From Flectonema sp. DT1601 (Eukaryota), in the NCBI GenBank assembly GCA_964019425.1, contig OZ025803.1, positions 248,001-312,000 of the forward strand: a stretch of DNA of 64,000 nucleotides, read 5' to 3'. The translations under genes were made by a program, and so were the position numbers. Under the pieces are notes generated by a model, which was not told the DNA's origin, ran no database searches, and was given only the letters and a program-made list of their open reading frames with translations. Positions 32,301 through 46,125 of the stretch are shown piece by piece. The number at the start of each line of letters is the position of its first letter. The first letter of the stretch is position 1.

Positions 32301-34300
32301 ATTCCTTTTTTTTTTTTTTTTTATATAAAATTTCTTTTATATTATTTTTTTGCATTTAACAAGTATTGTAAGAACGAAAAAGAATGTTGGGCAGCACGCG
32401 TAAACCTCCTTTAGCTTTATCAGTTTAAGTCGGTTCACGGGTTTCGTGCACAAACAAAAAATCAAAGTAGTTATATTATTATTTTCTGTATAGTTGAAGA
32501 TAAAGCCAATTCTTTTTTTCACGAATACCTTGACGTGTGTTGGTAGTCAGTTTGGTAGCTTTTTACCCCTCAAAATGTATTCTTCCTAAGTTAAGCATTA
32601 CCACAGTCACTGTATCCTTAACAGATTATTAAATTACCGTTTATGTTAATATGATACAATACCTAGTTATGTTTTTATAAATTCAAATAACGAACCCCCT
32701 CAAGAAAAGTATGAAACTTCTCCAACAATCGATTGTCGCGGAAGAGCTGGCACGGCCTTAGTCTTTTTCATATTCTGGTATTTCGATATTTGGGTCGCAA
32801 AGTATAAAATTGTGATCAACCCAGACGCACAACGTGTTTGGAGTTTGTTAACGGAGATATCATTAACATTAAAAAAGAAAGAGAAAATGGAATACTGAAC
32901 GTTAAAAAAAAGTAACAATAGTTGAAAAAAAGGAAGAATAATATCTTAATGTGCTACTGATTATGTTTATCGATCACCTCCTTGTACCCTACCGCAAATA
33001 ATAATACTTTTGAAGTAACCTGAACGTGGGGATCTAATCTCGTTCATTAGCTGCTTCTCTCTCTTCTCTCTTTTCTCTCTTTGTCATAGGGCTGCTTTGT
33101 GCAAACTTTCACGTAATTGCTTACATCCTTAAAGTGTAAACCAACAATGTGCTCACATGTAGATTCTGATTAGTGTCGTACGAGATCTGACATGTACACA
33201 TCGTCGTCTTTTTGTATCAAAACAGTAATCTGACTGGATTTTTGTTAAGTTTAGTTGTTTTCTTTTATGTGATCCAAATACGAGTTACCCTTCTCCCTCA
33301 ATATTGAACCTCAGCTTGCTTCGGTTACGGAGTTATGTGGTTCCAATGTTATGAAGACAGTGATTGGGGTTGTGTTTTATTTTTATTTTTAATTTTCTTT
33401 ATTTGAATTTGTCGGGTTTGTGAGGTTCTCCTCATTTTGCGTTTTTAGTTCTGCATCTGTAATCTGGAAACATAAAACAAAACATTTATTTTTATTATTA
33501 TTTACTTTCTTTTTTTCTCTGTGGGTTAGTACACCAAGATACAATTCAGATTCCTGATTCACACGTCTAATACTGAAAAAGGTTGGCTGGAATCTTCGTC
33601 GCATTATTGTTGAAAATTTTTTATTTTATTTTTTTTTTTTTCGTGCTCCCTTTTTTCTTTTTCACGACACATAAGTTAGAAACATTAATTATAATGTAAA
33701 ATTCTTTTTTACGACGTCTGAATGGTATTTACCCACACTTACATTACCTGCAGTCAACGGTTACTATTAGTAGTGTCGCAGAAGAAGTTTTCCACACGTG
33801 TGTTGCCTGTTGTGACGGGTTTCATTGTTGTGTGTGCTGTGTAAGCTGCCTAATCAAAGATCATTAAATTCTTGTCTTTTGAGTCCTACGAGTTTCAAGT
33901 AGTTTCTTCCAGTCTATCAGCAATTTGTTAGTTCGCCCATCTGTGAGGGTGCTACCTCAATCATGACCCAAACTGTCACCAATAATTTCAAAAAAAATAA
34001 AAAAAATAGAGATTTTCTATTATTACTATTCTACCCCTTTTTATCGGTTTTTAAAAAAAAAACCGTTTCAAATTCAATTATGAAAAAAAAAAACTTTTTA
34101 TTTGTTCGGGTGTGTTGGTGGGAGAAGAGGGATCCAAAGGAAAGGGAAAAAAAAAAAAAAAAAAAAAAAAAGAAGTCTTATTTATCGTTCGAAAGCTCCT
34201 TGAAATTCGAGCACTCTCGGGGTAGGCTAATTCTGTTTCGAGTTGAGTGTTTCTAATGTTTTCTTCTACACATGGGATCTTGAACTTCCCCACCCATCCT
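32247..34300 (+). repeat. Tandem segmental duplication, unit 1 (about 2.05 kb, non-coding)
   Basis: Near-identical to 34301-35644 plus 37003-37538. Confidence 0.92.
32341..32519 (-). repeat. Dispersed repeat family R1, copy 2 (absent from duplication unit 2)
   Basis: Matches 10706-10900; missing at the equivalent position near 34390. Confidence 0.85.
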
Positions 34301-36112
34301 TTCCCCTCATGCCCAATCTTATAATAAGCTCATATCCCAACTCACTGTTTGTCTATTTTTTTTTTTTAATAAAATTTCTTTTATATTAATTTTTTCACGA
34401 ATACCTTGACGTGTGTTGGTAGTCAGTTTGGTAGCTTTTGGCCCTTCAAAATGTATTCTTCCTAAGTTAAGCATTACCACAGTCACTGTATCCTTAACAG
34501 ATTATTAAATTACCGTTTATGTTGATATGATACAATACCTAGTTATGTTTTTATAAATTCAAATAATGAACCCCCTCAAGAAAAGTATGAAACTTCTCCA
34601 ACAATCGATTGTCGCGGAAGAGCTGGCACGGCCTTAGTCTTTTTCATATTCTGGTATTTCGATATTTGGGTCGCAAAGTATAAAATTGTGATCAACCCAG
34701 ACGCACAACGTGTTTGGAGTTTGTTAACGGAGATATCATTAACATTTAAAAAAGAAAGAGAAAATGGAATACTGAACGTTAAAAAAAAGTAACAATAGTT
34801 GAAAAAAAGGAACGGAATATGTTTATCGATCACCTCCTTGTACCCTACCGCAAATAATAATACTTTTGAAGTAACCTGAACGTGGGGATCTAATCTCGTT
34901 CATTAGCTGCTTCTCTCTCTTCTCTCTTTTCTCTCTTTGTGATTGGTCTGCTTTTGTGTAAGAAGTCTCTTTTTTCACCCTTTTGTTTTTATTTTTCAAA
35001 CTTTCACGTAATTGCTTACATCCTTAAAGTGTAAACCAACAACGTGCTCACATGTAGATTCTGATTAGTGTCGTACGAGATCTGACATGTACACATCGTC
35101 GTCTTTTTGTATCAAAACTGTAATCTGACTGGATTTTGTTAAGTTTAGTTGTTTTCTTTTATGTGATCCAAATACGAGTTACCCTTCTCCCTCAATATTG
35201 AACCTCAGCTTGCTTCGGTTACGGAGTTATGTGGTTCCAATGTTATGAAGACAGTGATTGGGGTTGTGTTTTATTTTTATTTTTATTTTTAATTTTCTTT
35301 ATTTGAATTTGTCGGGTTTGTGAAGTTCTCCTCATTTTGCGTTTTTAGTTCTGCATGGGGAAAAAAAAAAAAAAAAAGAAAAAGGAATTTTTTTATAAAT
35401 TTTTTTATTTGTGTTCTCTTTTTTTTAGTACACCAAAGTACAATTCAGATTCCTGATTCCCACTCGTCGCATTATTGCCGAAAACATTTCATTTTTTAAA
35501 TTTATTTTTTTCGCATATCCCGTTTCTTTTTGAGATAGGTAAGTAAGAAGCATTGAGTATAATGTAATTTTTTTTTTTATTTTTTTTTTTTAACGACGTT
35601 CTGAATGGTATTTACCTACTTACATTACCTGCAGTCAACGGTTAAAAAAGTCAATAAAGAAATAATAATATATCAGTACGATGTTTTGTTTGTATGGAAT
35701 TGTGAACCGGCTCAAAACTGATAAAAGGAGGTTTACGTGTGCTGCCAACGTTCCTTTTTTTTTTTTTTTTTGTTCTTACGAAACCTGTCAAGTGCAAAAA
35801 AAAAAAAAAAAAAAAAAACTTAAGTATCCCTTTGCTTAGAAGGGTATACGCGATGAGTGGGACATTTCTTCGCTGAAGACGACTGGATAATCAAAAAGAA
35901 CAAAAGGTTTTAATTTTAACCTGAAAACCGGCCATTTCTTTAGTTTGATGTTGTCCTTACAATTTGTTAAATATCTATAAGGTAATCCTAATTAAAATCG
36001 AAGCTTACAGAGGAAAGAGGGTATGCTGTATCAACCCGACAAGTAGTATAAGATTAAGGCTCCTGAAACTACGTATTCTACAAGTGTTATCAGAACAACG
36101 TGATATTTTATT

Positions 36113-36154
<42 letters not shown>

Positions 36155-36818
36155 ATCTTATGATTTGGCACGCTATTTTAAAAAAAACAAACTTATATTT
36201 CTAAAAAAGAAAATACTGCCGTAAGTCTTTTTTTTTTTTTTTTGCATCCACAACTTTGTATGGAAGGAAATAAAAATCAGTTCACAATTCTGTTTTCTCC
36301 GTTTTGCTCTCCGTATTTCTGTTCTCCCTTTTGCATCGCTGAAACTAAATCAAACCAACTTCTTTCTTCTAGGCTAAAATCGGTCTCAGCGACTGCGAAA
36401 TAGCAGTATTCTTTTTTTTATTTATCTTCCTTGCAATTGTGCGAAACAAAATAATATTTTTACTGTGGGGTCTAGCCTTTTTAAAAATCCTATGTACGCC
36501 CATCCGCAGAATTACCTACTTTTTAAATATCAAGGCAGCGTGAGTTCGTTTCCACCAAACAACTCTTTTTCTGTGTGAGGAGTACAACACATGTCAAAGC
36601 AGCGCGATGAGTTACTGTTGTTAAGATTCTTACTCTTTCCCGTTTTTCGTGTTTTGATTTATTTTAATTCTTCGAAATGTGGTTCGCTGCGGTTACTTAG
36701 TGACTATCTTTTCAGTGGTTACTCTCTCAGATGTTGTACTTAAAAATAAGTTTTGTATACCAAATCTTGAAGCAGGGATACAATTCTACTTCCTGAACGG
36801 GTTGACGACTTGTAGTAC

Positions 36819-36855
<37 letters not shown>

Positions 36856-37538
36856 CCCATTTTTATGTGCCATCTTATTCCCCCCTTTTTTTTCAATAAG
36901 CTGACACAATTCTCGCGCTATATTCTGACCTCCCCAAAGGCGCCAGAATTTGTTCGTGGAGGTCAATGGAGAGGACGCTCTTTACTTGCATTGTAGTGTT
37001 GTTGTCGCAGAAGAAGTTTTCCACACGTGTGTTGCCTGTTGTGACGGGTTTCATTGTTGTGTGTGCTGTGTAAGCTGCCTAATCAAAGATCATTAAAATG
37101 CTTGTCTTTTGAGTCCTACGAGTTTCAAGTAGTTTCTTCCAGTCTATCAGCAATTTGTTAGTTCGCCCATCTGTGAGGGTGCTACCTCAATCATGACCCA
37201 AACTGTCACCAATAATTTCAAAAAAAAAAAAAATAGAGATTTTCTATTATTCCAATTCTACCCCTTTTTATCGGTTTTTAAAAAAAAAACCGTTTCAAAT
37301 TCAATTATGAAAAAAAAAAACTTTTTATTTGTTCGGGTGTGTTGGTGGGAGAAGAGGGATCCAAAGGAAAGGGAAACAAAAAAAAAAAAACAAAAAAACA
37401 GTCTTATTTATCGTTCGAAAGCGCCTTGAAAATTCGAGCACTCTCGGGGTAGGCTAATTCTGTTTCGAGTTGAGTGTTTCTGATGTTTTCTTCTACACAT
37501 GGGATCTTGAACTTCCCCACCCATCCTTTCCCCTCATG
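34301..37538 (+). repeat. Tandem segmental duplication, unit 2, with an extra 1.36-kb block (about 35645-37002)
   Basis: Homology breaks after CAGTCAACGGTTA (35644) and resumes at TGTCGCAGAAGAAG (37003). Confidence 0.9.
35650..35818 (+). repeat. Dispersed repeat family R1, copy 3, with poly(A) tail
   Basis: GTGAACCGGCTCAAAACTGATAAAAGGAGGTTTACGTGTGCTGCCAAC..GTTCTTAC..AAGTGC(A)n is the reverse complement of the R1 core. Confidence 0.75.
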
Positions 37539-37778
37539 GCCCCCTTTATACTTAAAATATTTCCCCCTTCTTTTTGCATTACGTTCCTAAGTAAGAGCCT
37601 AGCGTAGTAAGCTGAACCAAAAAGGAATGATTAGCAGAAAATGCTTCTTTCTGTCAACCGCTTGGATCTAACAGATCCAAAAAAAAATAATAATAAGACA
37701 GTAACACTGCTAGTGTAATACGACAATTTATTTAATGTTTTTATTTTCTCCCCTGAAATAGAACATCAAACAGAACAC

Positions 37779-39014
37779 ATGGACATGGAACACTCTGCTG
37801 GGAAAGGGATGACAATGATCGCGAATGCTAACCGTGAAAAACTTCAAAAAATGTGGAAAACTGAGGGAGTAAAGTCCCGTGCAAGACGAGGATGGAAATC
37901 ATGGAAATACAGTGAAAGTAATGGGACAGGTGGAACTGCGTCGAAGATCCTCGACGGGATTCTGTTTCAGGAGTGTTTTAATAAACGAATTTGGAGAATG
38001 ACATCAACACTCGTCCTTCCTGAAAGAGAAAAGATCTCAACCTGGAGTGACATAGATATCGGTAACTTCGTTTACGACGTCATCCACTCTGGTGAGATCA
38101 GAGATTGTAATCTACAGAAACTTCTCCAATCAAATCCTGCATTACGCGATAATCCTGAGACAACCATGTGGTTAGATGGGATGATGCTTCCATTTAGGTC
38201 TGCTGTTCTGACACAGCTTGCTATTGATTTACTTGAGAAAGCTTTATTTAATCAGCAAGCCTGCAACATTCCTGAACGTGGACCCGAATGGAACCACTTG
38301 TCCAATTCCACTTGCGTCACTGATTATGATATTGGAAGGAAATTAGGAGGACGAGATGATGTGATTGATTTTTTGTTAGATGACTTCGAGAGGTATTATT
38401 CTTCTTCTGAGCAAGCGACTATCGATTTATCACCTGACACTATTTCCTTGGCGGGTGCTGGACATCCAGTTGCGTCGTTTTTGTTGCAACACGTGAGAGT
38501 GTCGAAGGGGGGAAAGGCTGATGTTCAAATACTCAAAACCGCAGCTGAAAGTGGATTCATTCCTGCTCAGATTGCTTGGTCTCAAATAACAAAGAATGAC
38601 ACCTACCTACGTGAAATACTCAACAGAGAAGATGGATTAACGTATCCTGTAGCAGCCTACGCACTCGCCAAGAATGCTGACTACAGACGTGATGACAATC
38701 AATCGATGAAATGGCATGAGGAGCATCTTAACTACTGTGACGATAGCTCAATATCTGTACAGTGGGCTCCACTACAGCTCTATTCTTTACAAACTTATCC
38801 CTTCAGTCCTTTAGTTGGTAGTGATGCTACAGCTGACAGTAAAAAAAATATTTCAAAAATCACCGCCAACCGCAACCGCATTGCCCGTCGAGCGATGTTC
38901 TACAATAAGTGGGTTGTCGAAACGGTTAAAGCTATTAGGCTTTCTCAGTTTACACCTGTGTACGTAATATTTATTGTTTTTATAAGCGTTTTGCTGCATC
39001 TGACTCAGTTTTAG
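37779..39014 (+). CDS. Hypothetical protein with possible Sel1-like repeats; 3' end uncertain
   Basis: 411-aa ORF; LKTAAESGFIPAQ and AAYALAK..SMKWHE resemble Sel1-like helices. A donor-like GTACGT at 38960 suggests a terminal intron. Confidence 0.7.
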   Translation: MDMEHSAGKGMTMIANANREKLQKMWKTEGVKSRARRGWKSWKYSESNGTGGTASKILDGILFQECFNKRIWRMTSTLVLPEREKISTWSDIDIGNFVYDVIHSGEIRDCNLQKLLQSNPALRDNPETTMWLDGMMLPFRSAVLTQLAIDLLEKALFNQQACNIPERGPEWNHLSNSTCVTDYDIGRKLGGRDDVIDFLLDDFERYYSSSEQATIDLSPDTISLAGAGHPVASFLLQHVRVSKGGKADVQILKTAAESGFIPAQIAWSQITKNDTYLREILNREDGLTYPVAAYALAKNADYRRDDNQSMKWHEEHLNYCDDSSISVQWAPLQLYSLQTYPFSPLVGSDATADSKKNISKITANRNRIARRAMFYNKWVVETVKAIRLSQFTPVYVIFIVFISVLLHLTQF

Positions 39015-39226
39015 AAAAAAAAAAAAAAACCGGAATTGGAAAAAAATTAATTAATTCTTTTTTACTTACACTTTTTTGCTGTTATTTCTTTTGTTTGTCT
39101 TTTTTTTGCCGCCTGTCGAAGGAAAAAAATAAAAAAATAACTCACTTTACTTACACTCTGCCTTTTTTTCAACTTAGAGTAATAATAATAATAATTTTAG
39201 TTTTGTACGCACCGTATTTAATATTT

Positions 39227-39267
<41 letters not shown>

Positions 39268-39324
39268 AATGAGATTCAGTGTATATAACGACAGCTTCAT
39301 TATTTATCAGGTATTTCTTTAAAC

Positions 39325-42300
39325 ATGCCGGTAAAGTGCAGCACCTCTGAGCAAACTTGTAACCACAAAACAGAACAAACAGCAGCTGCAAACATAAGCA
39401 ATTGGTGGAAGAAAATTTCGAGCAAAAATCGTCCACAAGAATCGGAAAATAAAAGCGCCTTAGTCATTCAAAGCTGTTGGAGACGGCGCAAAGTTAGAAA
39501 AGCGTCGTACAGCAGTAGTCTAAAATCAGAGATAATGTTGAGATTGGAAAATAAAATTGAAATTGCTCAATCAGAACACGACGCTGCAATAACACTTCAG
39601 AAACAAGCGAGAAGGGCCATAGCTTCAAGGGTCACTCATGGGTTGAGAGTTGTTCGTTGGAATGATCAATTTGAACAGGAAAATAAGGCTGCAGACATCG
39701 AGAAATCACTAGCTGCCATCTTTATTCAAATGTCCTGGAGGGGATACTCATCTCGTAAAGTAGTCGCGAGTATGCGTCGAGAACAGGAATTTCAACACAC
39801 ATTATCAACAAGTCAACATCTTATAATTCGTATCCAAGCAGTCGGCAGAGCGTACTTCTCCAAGAAGAAGGTTAGTAAAATACCAAAAAAGCAATCTGCG
39901 AAAAAACGGCTTACAACCCGTCCGATTAAAGCCTGGGATGCAACCTCTCAACAAAATCAAAAACGAACGCGTCAACCGATTTCTGTTGCTGACAGAAAAG
40001 GAATTAATTCGAAAAGTTCAGACAGGGCAATGTCCCGAAGAGAACCGAAGGCAAGTGGAAAGAAAAGCACCACTCTTCCGAGGGTGGCAAAACGCCACAA
40101 GGCTGCTGTAACTATCCAGCAGTTTGTGAGATTTGCTTCTGCGAAATCCTTGCGTTGTAAGAAAGAAAAGCAACACGCGCTACACCATTCCAACTCTCTT
40201 AAAATTCAATTATCGTGGAAGCAACACGTCTCTTCTAATATTTCAAAATCCCTCCGTAGTAAGAGGAGTGAGCAGTTCGCAGTTGAATGCGAACAGGGAG
40301 ATATCTGTGAAAGGGCTTTTGCAGCCCGGATACTGCAACAATGGTATCGAAATATAGCACTTTCTGTTACACAGACTCATACCTCAGAGATGGCGAGCGT
40401 TGCTGCGGGGGGGGACGGGAGAGGTAATGTAATGTCAGGTAGAAGAAGGCCACTGACTGATGTCAGCATGGCAAGCGGGGCGTCATCGAAACCGTCGCGT
40501 AGGCACTCATCACCAGTTGTTCGAAAGTCTCCAGTTGCTCAACAACCGAGGCGCAAGTCACATGTACCTCGTTCTGTAGTCACATTAAATAAACAAACCG
40601 TCGATCAGCCTCCCTCCTCGGACAAAACATCTCAGCAGCTTGAACCGGCTCAACCCGCATCAGAGTCAGAGCAACCCCCTAGTCAGACACCAGTAGCTGA
40701 ACCACAATCTGATGAGCAACACCAGCTGACAGAGGAAGACCAATTACCTTCAACGCAGGAAGGGGAACAGTCAGCGCCAGAAGAGCAACCAACTGAAGAG
40801 CAGCCATCGGAAGCACCGATTACAACAGAGGAAGGACAACTTGAGCAACCCGAAGAGCCAGTTCCAAGAGACGAAGAAGAACACTCAACAGAGCAACTGA
40901 CTGAAGAACAGATATCTGAGGAATTGTCTGCAGAACAAGAAGAGCTTTCGGAAGAACCCGAACGGCAGCCATCAGAAGAAGAAGAAGTAAAACAACCTTC
41001 AGTTGAGTCAGGTGAAGAACAGCTGTCTAAAGAACAATCCGATCCACAACAGTCGTCCGATGAACAGGTTGTGAGAGAGGAAGAGGAGCCGTCAACCGAG
41101 ACAACGCCAGAAGCGGGAGAAAAAGAAATCCCGCCGACTGAGCAGCCATCAGAGGAGCTACCAACTGAAGAGCAACCATCAGAAGCACCAATTACAACGG
41201 AGGAAGGAGACCTGTCGCCTGAGCAACCTGAAGAGCCATCGGAGGAGCCACCAGTTCCAAAAGAAGAGGAAATCTCAGCAGAACAACCGACTGAAGAGCA
41301 GCTATCTGAGGAACTGCCTGTTGAACAAGAAGAACCTTCGGTAGAACAGCCATCGGAGGAGCAACCGATTGAGGAACACCTATCGGAGGAGCAAATTGAG
41401 GAGCATCCATCAGAAACACCGATTGTAACAGAGGAGGAAGAACCGGTTTCAAGACAAGAAGAACTCCCAGCAGGGCAACTTACTGGAGAGCAGCTGTCTG
41501 AGGAACTGCCTGCCGAACAAGAAGAACCCTCAGTAGAACAGCCATCGGAGGAGCAACCAATTGAAGAACATCCATCAGAAACACCGATCGTAACAGAGGA
41601 GGATGAGCCAGCTGCAAGACAAGAAGAAGAACTCCCAACGGAGCAACTGACTGAAGAGCAGCCATCAGAAGCACCGATTGCAACGGAGGGAGAACCTGAG
41701 CAGCCTGAAGAACCATCAGAGCGGCCACTTTCAAGAGAAGAACCCTCAACAGAGCAACTGACTGAAAAGCAACCAGCCGAGAAGCCAGAAGAGCAGCCAT
41801 CGGAACTTATCGCAGAACAGCCTTCCGCTTCTGCACCAGAGGAGCAACCTGCGCAGTCATCAGAGAATCCCACTGTTGAAGAATCTGCGGCTAGTGAACA
41901 GGAGCCCCCTTCGAGTGAAGAACAGAAGCAAATAAAAGCAGTGGCAGCAGTAGGCAAAGCCGCTGGTAAAAAGGGTACGGGAGTGTTGATTGCAAGTGGA
42001 AGGAATTCAGCATCACCATCACCATCGCCATCCCCAACAAATGCAAACAGCAGACAAGTTCAACGAACCCGACAGCAGTTGACGTCAAGGAATTCCTCAG
42101 CTCAGCGAAAAGCTGCTTCAAAAGCTACTTCAAAAGCTGCTTCAAAACCAACTACTAAGAAAGCTACCAGACAACCCTTGAACACTGGAAGGACTTCGAC
42201 ATCAGCTGCAGCAATCGCAGCAAGAAAGCCAGTGAAACCACTGCAGACAGACGACTCTGAAAAACAACCAGAAGCAAGTCATCAACACGTTGAAGAGACT

Positions 42301-44686
42301 CCTGAAGCTGACGAACAGCCAGAAAACAAAGTTGAGCAACAGGATAAACAAAACACGGAACAAGTTGAAACTAAATCTGCATCTGGAGATGAAAAGAATG
42401 AAGCGAAAGAGGTTCCTGAAAAGTCAGTTATCGAAGCTGACGAAGCTCAACAACCTCATGAACAGAGCGGCGAGCACGTTGCAACAGAGTCTCCAACTGA
42501 GCAGGAAGAGGACGTGACTACGAGTGAAACCAATCAAAATGAGACTGTGAGCCAGCAAGAAGAAGAAAGAAGTAATCAACCTAAAACTACTAATGAAATC
42601 CTTACTGAGTCAATAGATCAGGTTGATGAACACCATGTGACTCAAGATGCTGTCCCTGAAGTGGAACCACATCAAGAAGTAAAAGCCTCACAAAAGGTTG
42701 CCGTCAAACCGACTCCGAAAAGGAAACCATCGCAGAAGAGATCTGTAAAACCTTCTCAGAAGAAATCCTCCAAACCACCACAGCAGGTAGCCGCTGAGCC
42801 AGAGCCGCAAGTTTCATCATCTCAGCCTCATCCAGTTGCCTCTGTTGATACTCATGAGCCTCTTCAAGAAGAGCAGCCGACACCACCAACAGCAGCGGAA
42901 ATGAGGGAAACTGAATTAGCGTCAAAAGTCATACAGCGATTGTGGAGACGTATCGAAGCCAGGAAAACTCGTCAGGGACTGGAGAGAGAAATCTCGCAGC
43001 AACAGGCTGTCCAAGAAGAAAATCATATCGCCGAAATGCGTGATGACTGCGCGCGTAAAATCCAACATTGGCACAGAGACATTCTTGCAAAGAGAGAGCG
43101 AAGGAAGGCAAAAAAATCCAAAAATGTCCCTCCGCCTCTAGACCAGAACTCCAGCATCAAGAGAGCCAGTTCCAAAGGATCCTCTCCCAGAAGTATTAAC
43201 AGCGGCAAGAGACTCGACTCACCTCAAACAATTGAACGTAGGGCTAGAGAAGCAGCAGAGGAAGAGGCAACTATAAGGAAGGAGGAAAGTCGCATTCTCA
43301 GAGAAACCAATCGAAAGAAGAGGCAAAACCTTTCAAAGCAACGTGAAGAACGTAAATTGCACTCGGCAAGGGAAATCGTTGAAGAAAGAGAGCGCAAGAT
43401 GCAGGAACAGCAAGCTGAGTTCGAAGACATTCGTCAGAGACGTATGACTGAAGAACAAGAAAGGCAGGAAAGAACCAACGCAAGACTTCATGACGAAGAC
43501 CGCAGGGAGCGAAAAAGAAAAGCAGCCAGGGAACGCAAGCTTCGTGAAATAGCTGAGATGGAAGAACATCTCAGTGAACGCAGACAGCAAATCGCAGCAG
43601 AGCTGGAAGAAAAGAAGCAAGCAGACCATGAACGTCGACTTCAGGCAATGCAAGAACGGTCGAAGGAAACAGAGCTTCGGCTTCATTTGGGCAACCACGC
43701 TCTTCGTGAAGTTCTAAAACACAAACCACTCCATTTAGTCATGGAAGAAAAAGCCTGCGCCCGTGAACGCGCTGAGGAGGAAAACCGCCGGCAAAAGCTC
43801 CAAGAGAGAAAGGAATGTCTGAAGCCGAGAGACTTCCTTTCAGAAGTTGCTAATCATGAGGAACACTATCTGAAACATAAAGGGGAGCATCAATCTCCTG
43901 ATTACACAGGTCAATGGAAACGACAGGCTCCTTCTTACTATATTGGTAAGTCACACGAATTAGTTTCTCAGGAAATGAAACACGAGAGAAATGAGCGCCT
44001 CGAACAGTTGCGTGTAAAGGAAGGTCGTCGCAAGAGGATGCACAATTTTGCAGAACTCGTGAAGGTTATGTATCCTCCAAAAACGCGACCGCAAACGGAA
44101 AGCGGTCCAGGTCGGCAGCAACTTCCACCAATCCCACCTCGTTGTTCCTCAACAGAGCCGCCAGCTCCCGCAGCTCCCCGTGAGCGAGAACTGGAGATGA
44201 GACGAAAGGGAAATCAATATATGAGAATGGGAAATGAAAAGGCTCGCCTCCACCCAAAGAAGAAGGAACCCGTCGAGGTAGAACCTGCTTTCTTGAAGCC
44301 TCTTCGATGTGAACGAGACAGAATGGGAGATAAGTACCTCGCAGCTGCTAAGAAGTTTTGCAAAACCCCTTCTCCAAAGAAGGATCTCACTGATGAGGAA
44401 AGGCTCAGAGAGCTGAAAGACCTTCGCAAGAAAGCGAGACTGACTTCAGACATTCCTCCTCTTCACACGGCTACAACTGCTGGAGGAGTGGTATGTGTTA
44501 TTTCCATTATCATTGAATCACTTTTAGTTGATTAAAAAAAAACAAAACAATGACCCCCCTGGAATGAAAGAAAATAACAAAAATAAACCACAGGCTGAAC
44601 AGGCTGCTGCTAATCAGCACTATTTCGAAGCAATTGAAGCAAAGATGGCCTTGCTCAAGGCGCTGGATAACACGCCGACCAAGTAA
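39325..44686 (+). CDS. Large multi-IQ protein with acidic Glu/Pro/Gln repeat region and coiled coil; 2 exons (39325-44490, 44594-44686)
   Basis: Many IQ-like motifs (IQSCWR, IQMSWRG, IQAVGRA, IQQFVR, IQRLWR, IQHWHR). Intron 44491-44593 GTATGT..CACAG gives an in-frame terminal exon AEQAAANQHYFEAIEAKMALLKALDNTPTK. Confidence 0.85.
40600..41930 (+). repeat. In-frame degenerate acidic repeats (EQPSEAPITTEE / EQLTEEQLSEELP)
   Basis: Recurrent GAGCAGCCATCAGAAGCACCGATT-like units. Confidence 0.85.
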
Positions 44687-45325
44687 CGCAACTGATTGTT
44701 TTTATTTCTCGTCAGCTGAACAAGTTCGCTTCCCTCTTTTCAAACCCTTCTTTTTTTTCAAAACCGCGAATATTATTGTTTGATCTCTTTTCCTTTTTCT
44801 CTCTTGCCCTTGAAATAATGTTTTGATCTGAAAAGATTCCCAAAAAAAAAAGGTGGGGGGGAAAAAAAAAAAAAAAAAAAAGGAAAATAACAATAATTAC
44901 AAGGCAATCTCACAGTGCGGTATTACGCGCAAAGGATTACTTGCTTGTGTAGGAATTAATTTTAGTCTCATATAGAAGAGTTCACACAAATAATTGTTAT
45001 TTACTTTCTTTTTTTTTCCCTCCCTCCTTTTAATATCAATGCGAGTGATTATTTGAAGATATTCAGATATGAGTAATTACGTAGGACTTGAGGCAAGAAG
45101 GCTATGAGTCTCTAAACTGGAGAGCTCTTCTTTTTGTTCTTTTCTTCTTCTTCTTCTTCTTCTTTAAGTTGGTTGCATGACTTCTTTAGTCGGGTCTTAG
45201 TTGTGACTTTGTGGGTTTGACCTGTTCTTCTTCTTCTGTATTGTTCTTTCCACACGCAAATCTTTTTTTTTGTGCAGCCTCCCTCCCAAATATCTTTCGA
45301 ATTTCCCCCCTTTTTTTTTATTTGG

Positions 45326-45349
<24 letters not shown>

Positions 45350-45357
<8 letters not shown>

Positions 45358-45494
45358 TATTGTTAGACGAAATCCGTAAACCGACTTAAACCTTTAAAGC
45401 TAGAGGAGGCTTACGTGATGCGAACGTTCATCTAGGGTCTTGCAAATACTTTTGTTAAATGCGAAGAAAAAAAAAAAAAAAAAAAAAAAAAAAA
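45350..45494 (+). repeat. Dispersed repeat family R1, copy 4 (diverged) with poly(A) tail
   Basis: CCGTAAACCGACTTAAAC..TAAAGCTAGAGGAGGCTTACG..AATACTTTTGTTAAATGCG(A)n is the reverse complement of the R1 core. Confidence 0.7.
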
Positions 45495-46125
45495 GGAATC
45501 GGCATAATTAAATGAACGATAAGCAATAATTACTCCCTTTTTTTTTGGCGACTTAAAACTATAGATTTATGAGAGAAGTAGTTGTTTCTTTTGTTGATGG
45601 TTTGTGTCATATGGCTCTTTTTGTCACATATTCTAACTATTCTTATCCCAAGACCGGATCAACTACAAGGTTGAGGTTGCGCCAAATAGAAATCGAAGAG
45701 TGTGCTTTCTTTTTTAGTGAGGTCCCAAGAATCATGTTAAGACAGCAGATAGGTATCTGTCAATGAAGCGGGTGGGTAGAACGTAGTTTCCTATTTTTGT
45801 TGTGTATGCGTTTGTATTCCCCCCTTCGAATCTTTTGTGAATGCCGCCCCTCATTTGAATCTGTCTTCAGTTTCTTGTTTGAGTATTAGATCTGTATTAT
45901 TTTATTTGTGTTTTTTTTTGACTACTTTTGTCTTTTGGGGTGACCCAAGGGCCCCCTTGTCTTGGCTTTAGTGAGATAAGAGTGATGCATATTCTAAACT
46001 TTATTTGAGGGAGAGACACATTCTTAAAAAAACGTTTCTGACTTTGTTTTTTTAAAAAAATAAAAAAATAAAAAAAACCATAATTCTGTTTATTAATCGC
46101 AGACAATAGTACCGAATGAAAAACG

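Noticed and set aside
32700..32918. Repeated minus-strand ORF (also 34576-34833)
   Set aside because: Its conservation is explained by the recent duplication; no start context or recognisable domain.
40683..41957. 424-aa minus-strand Ser/Cys/Gly-rich ORF
   Set aside because: Antisense shadow of the acidic repeats in the + strand gene.
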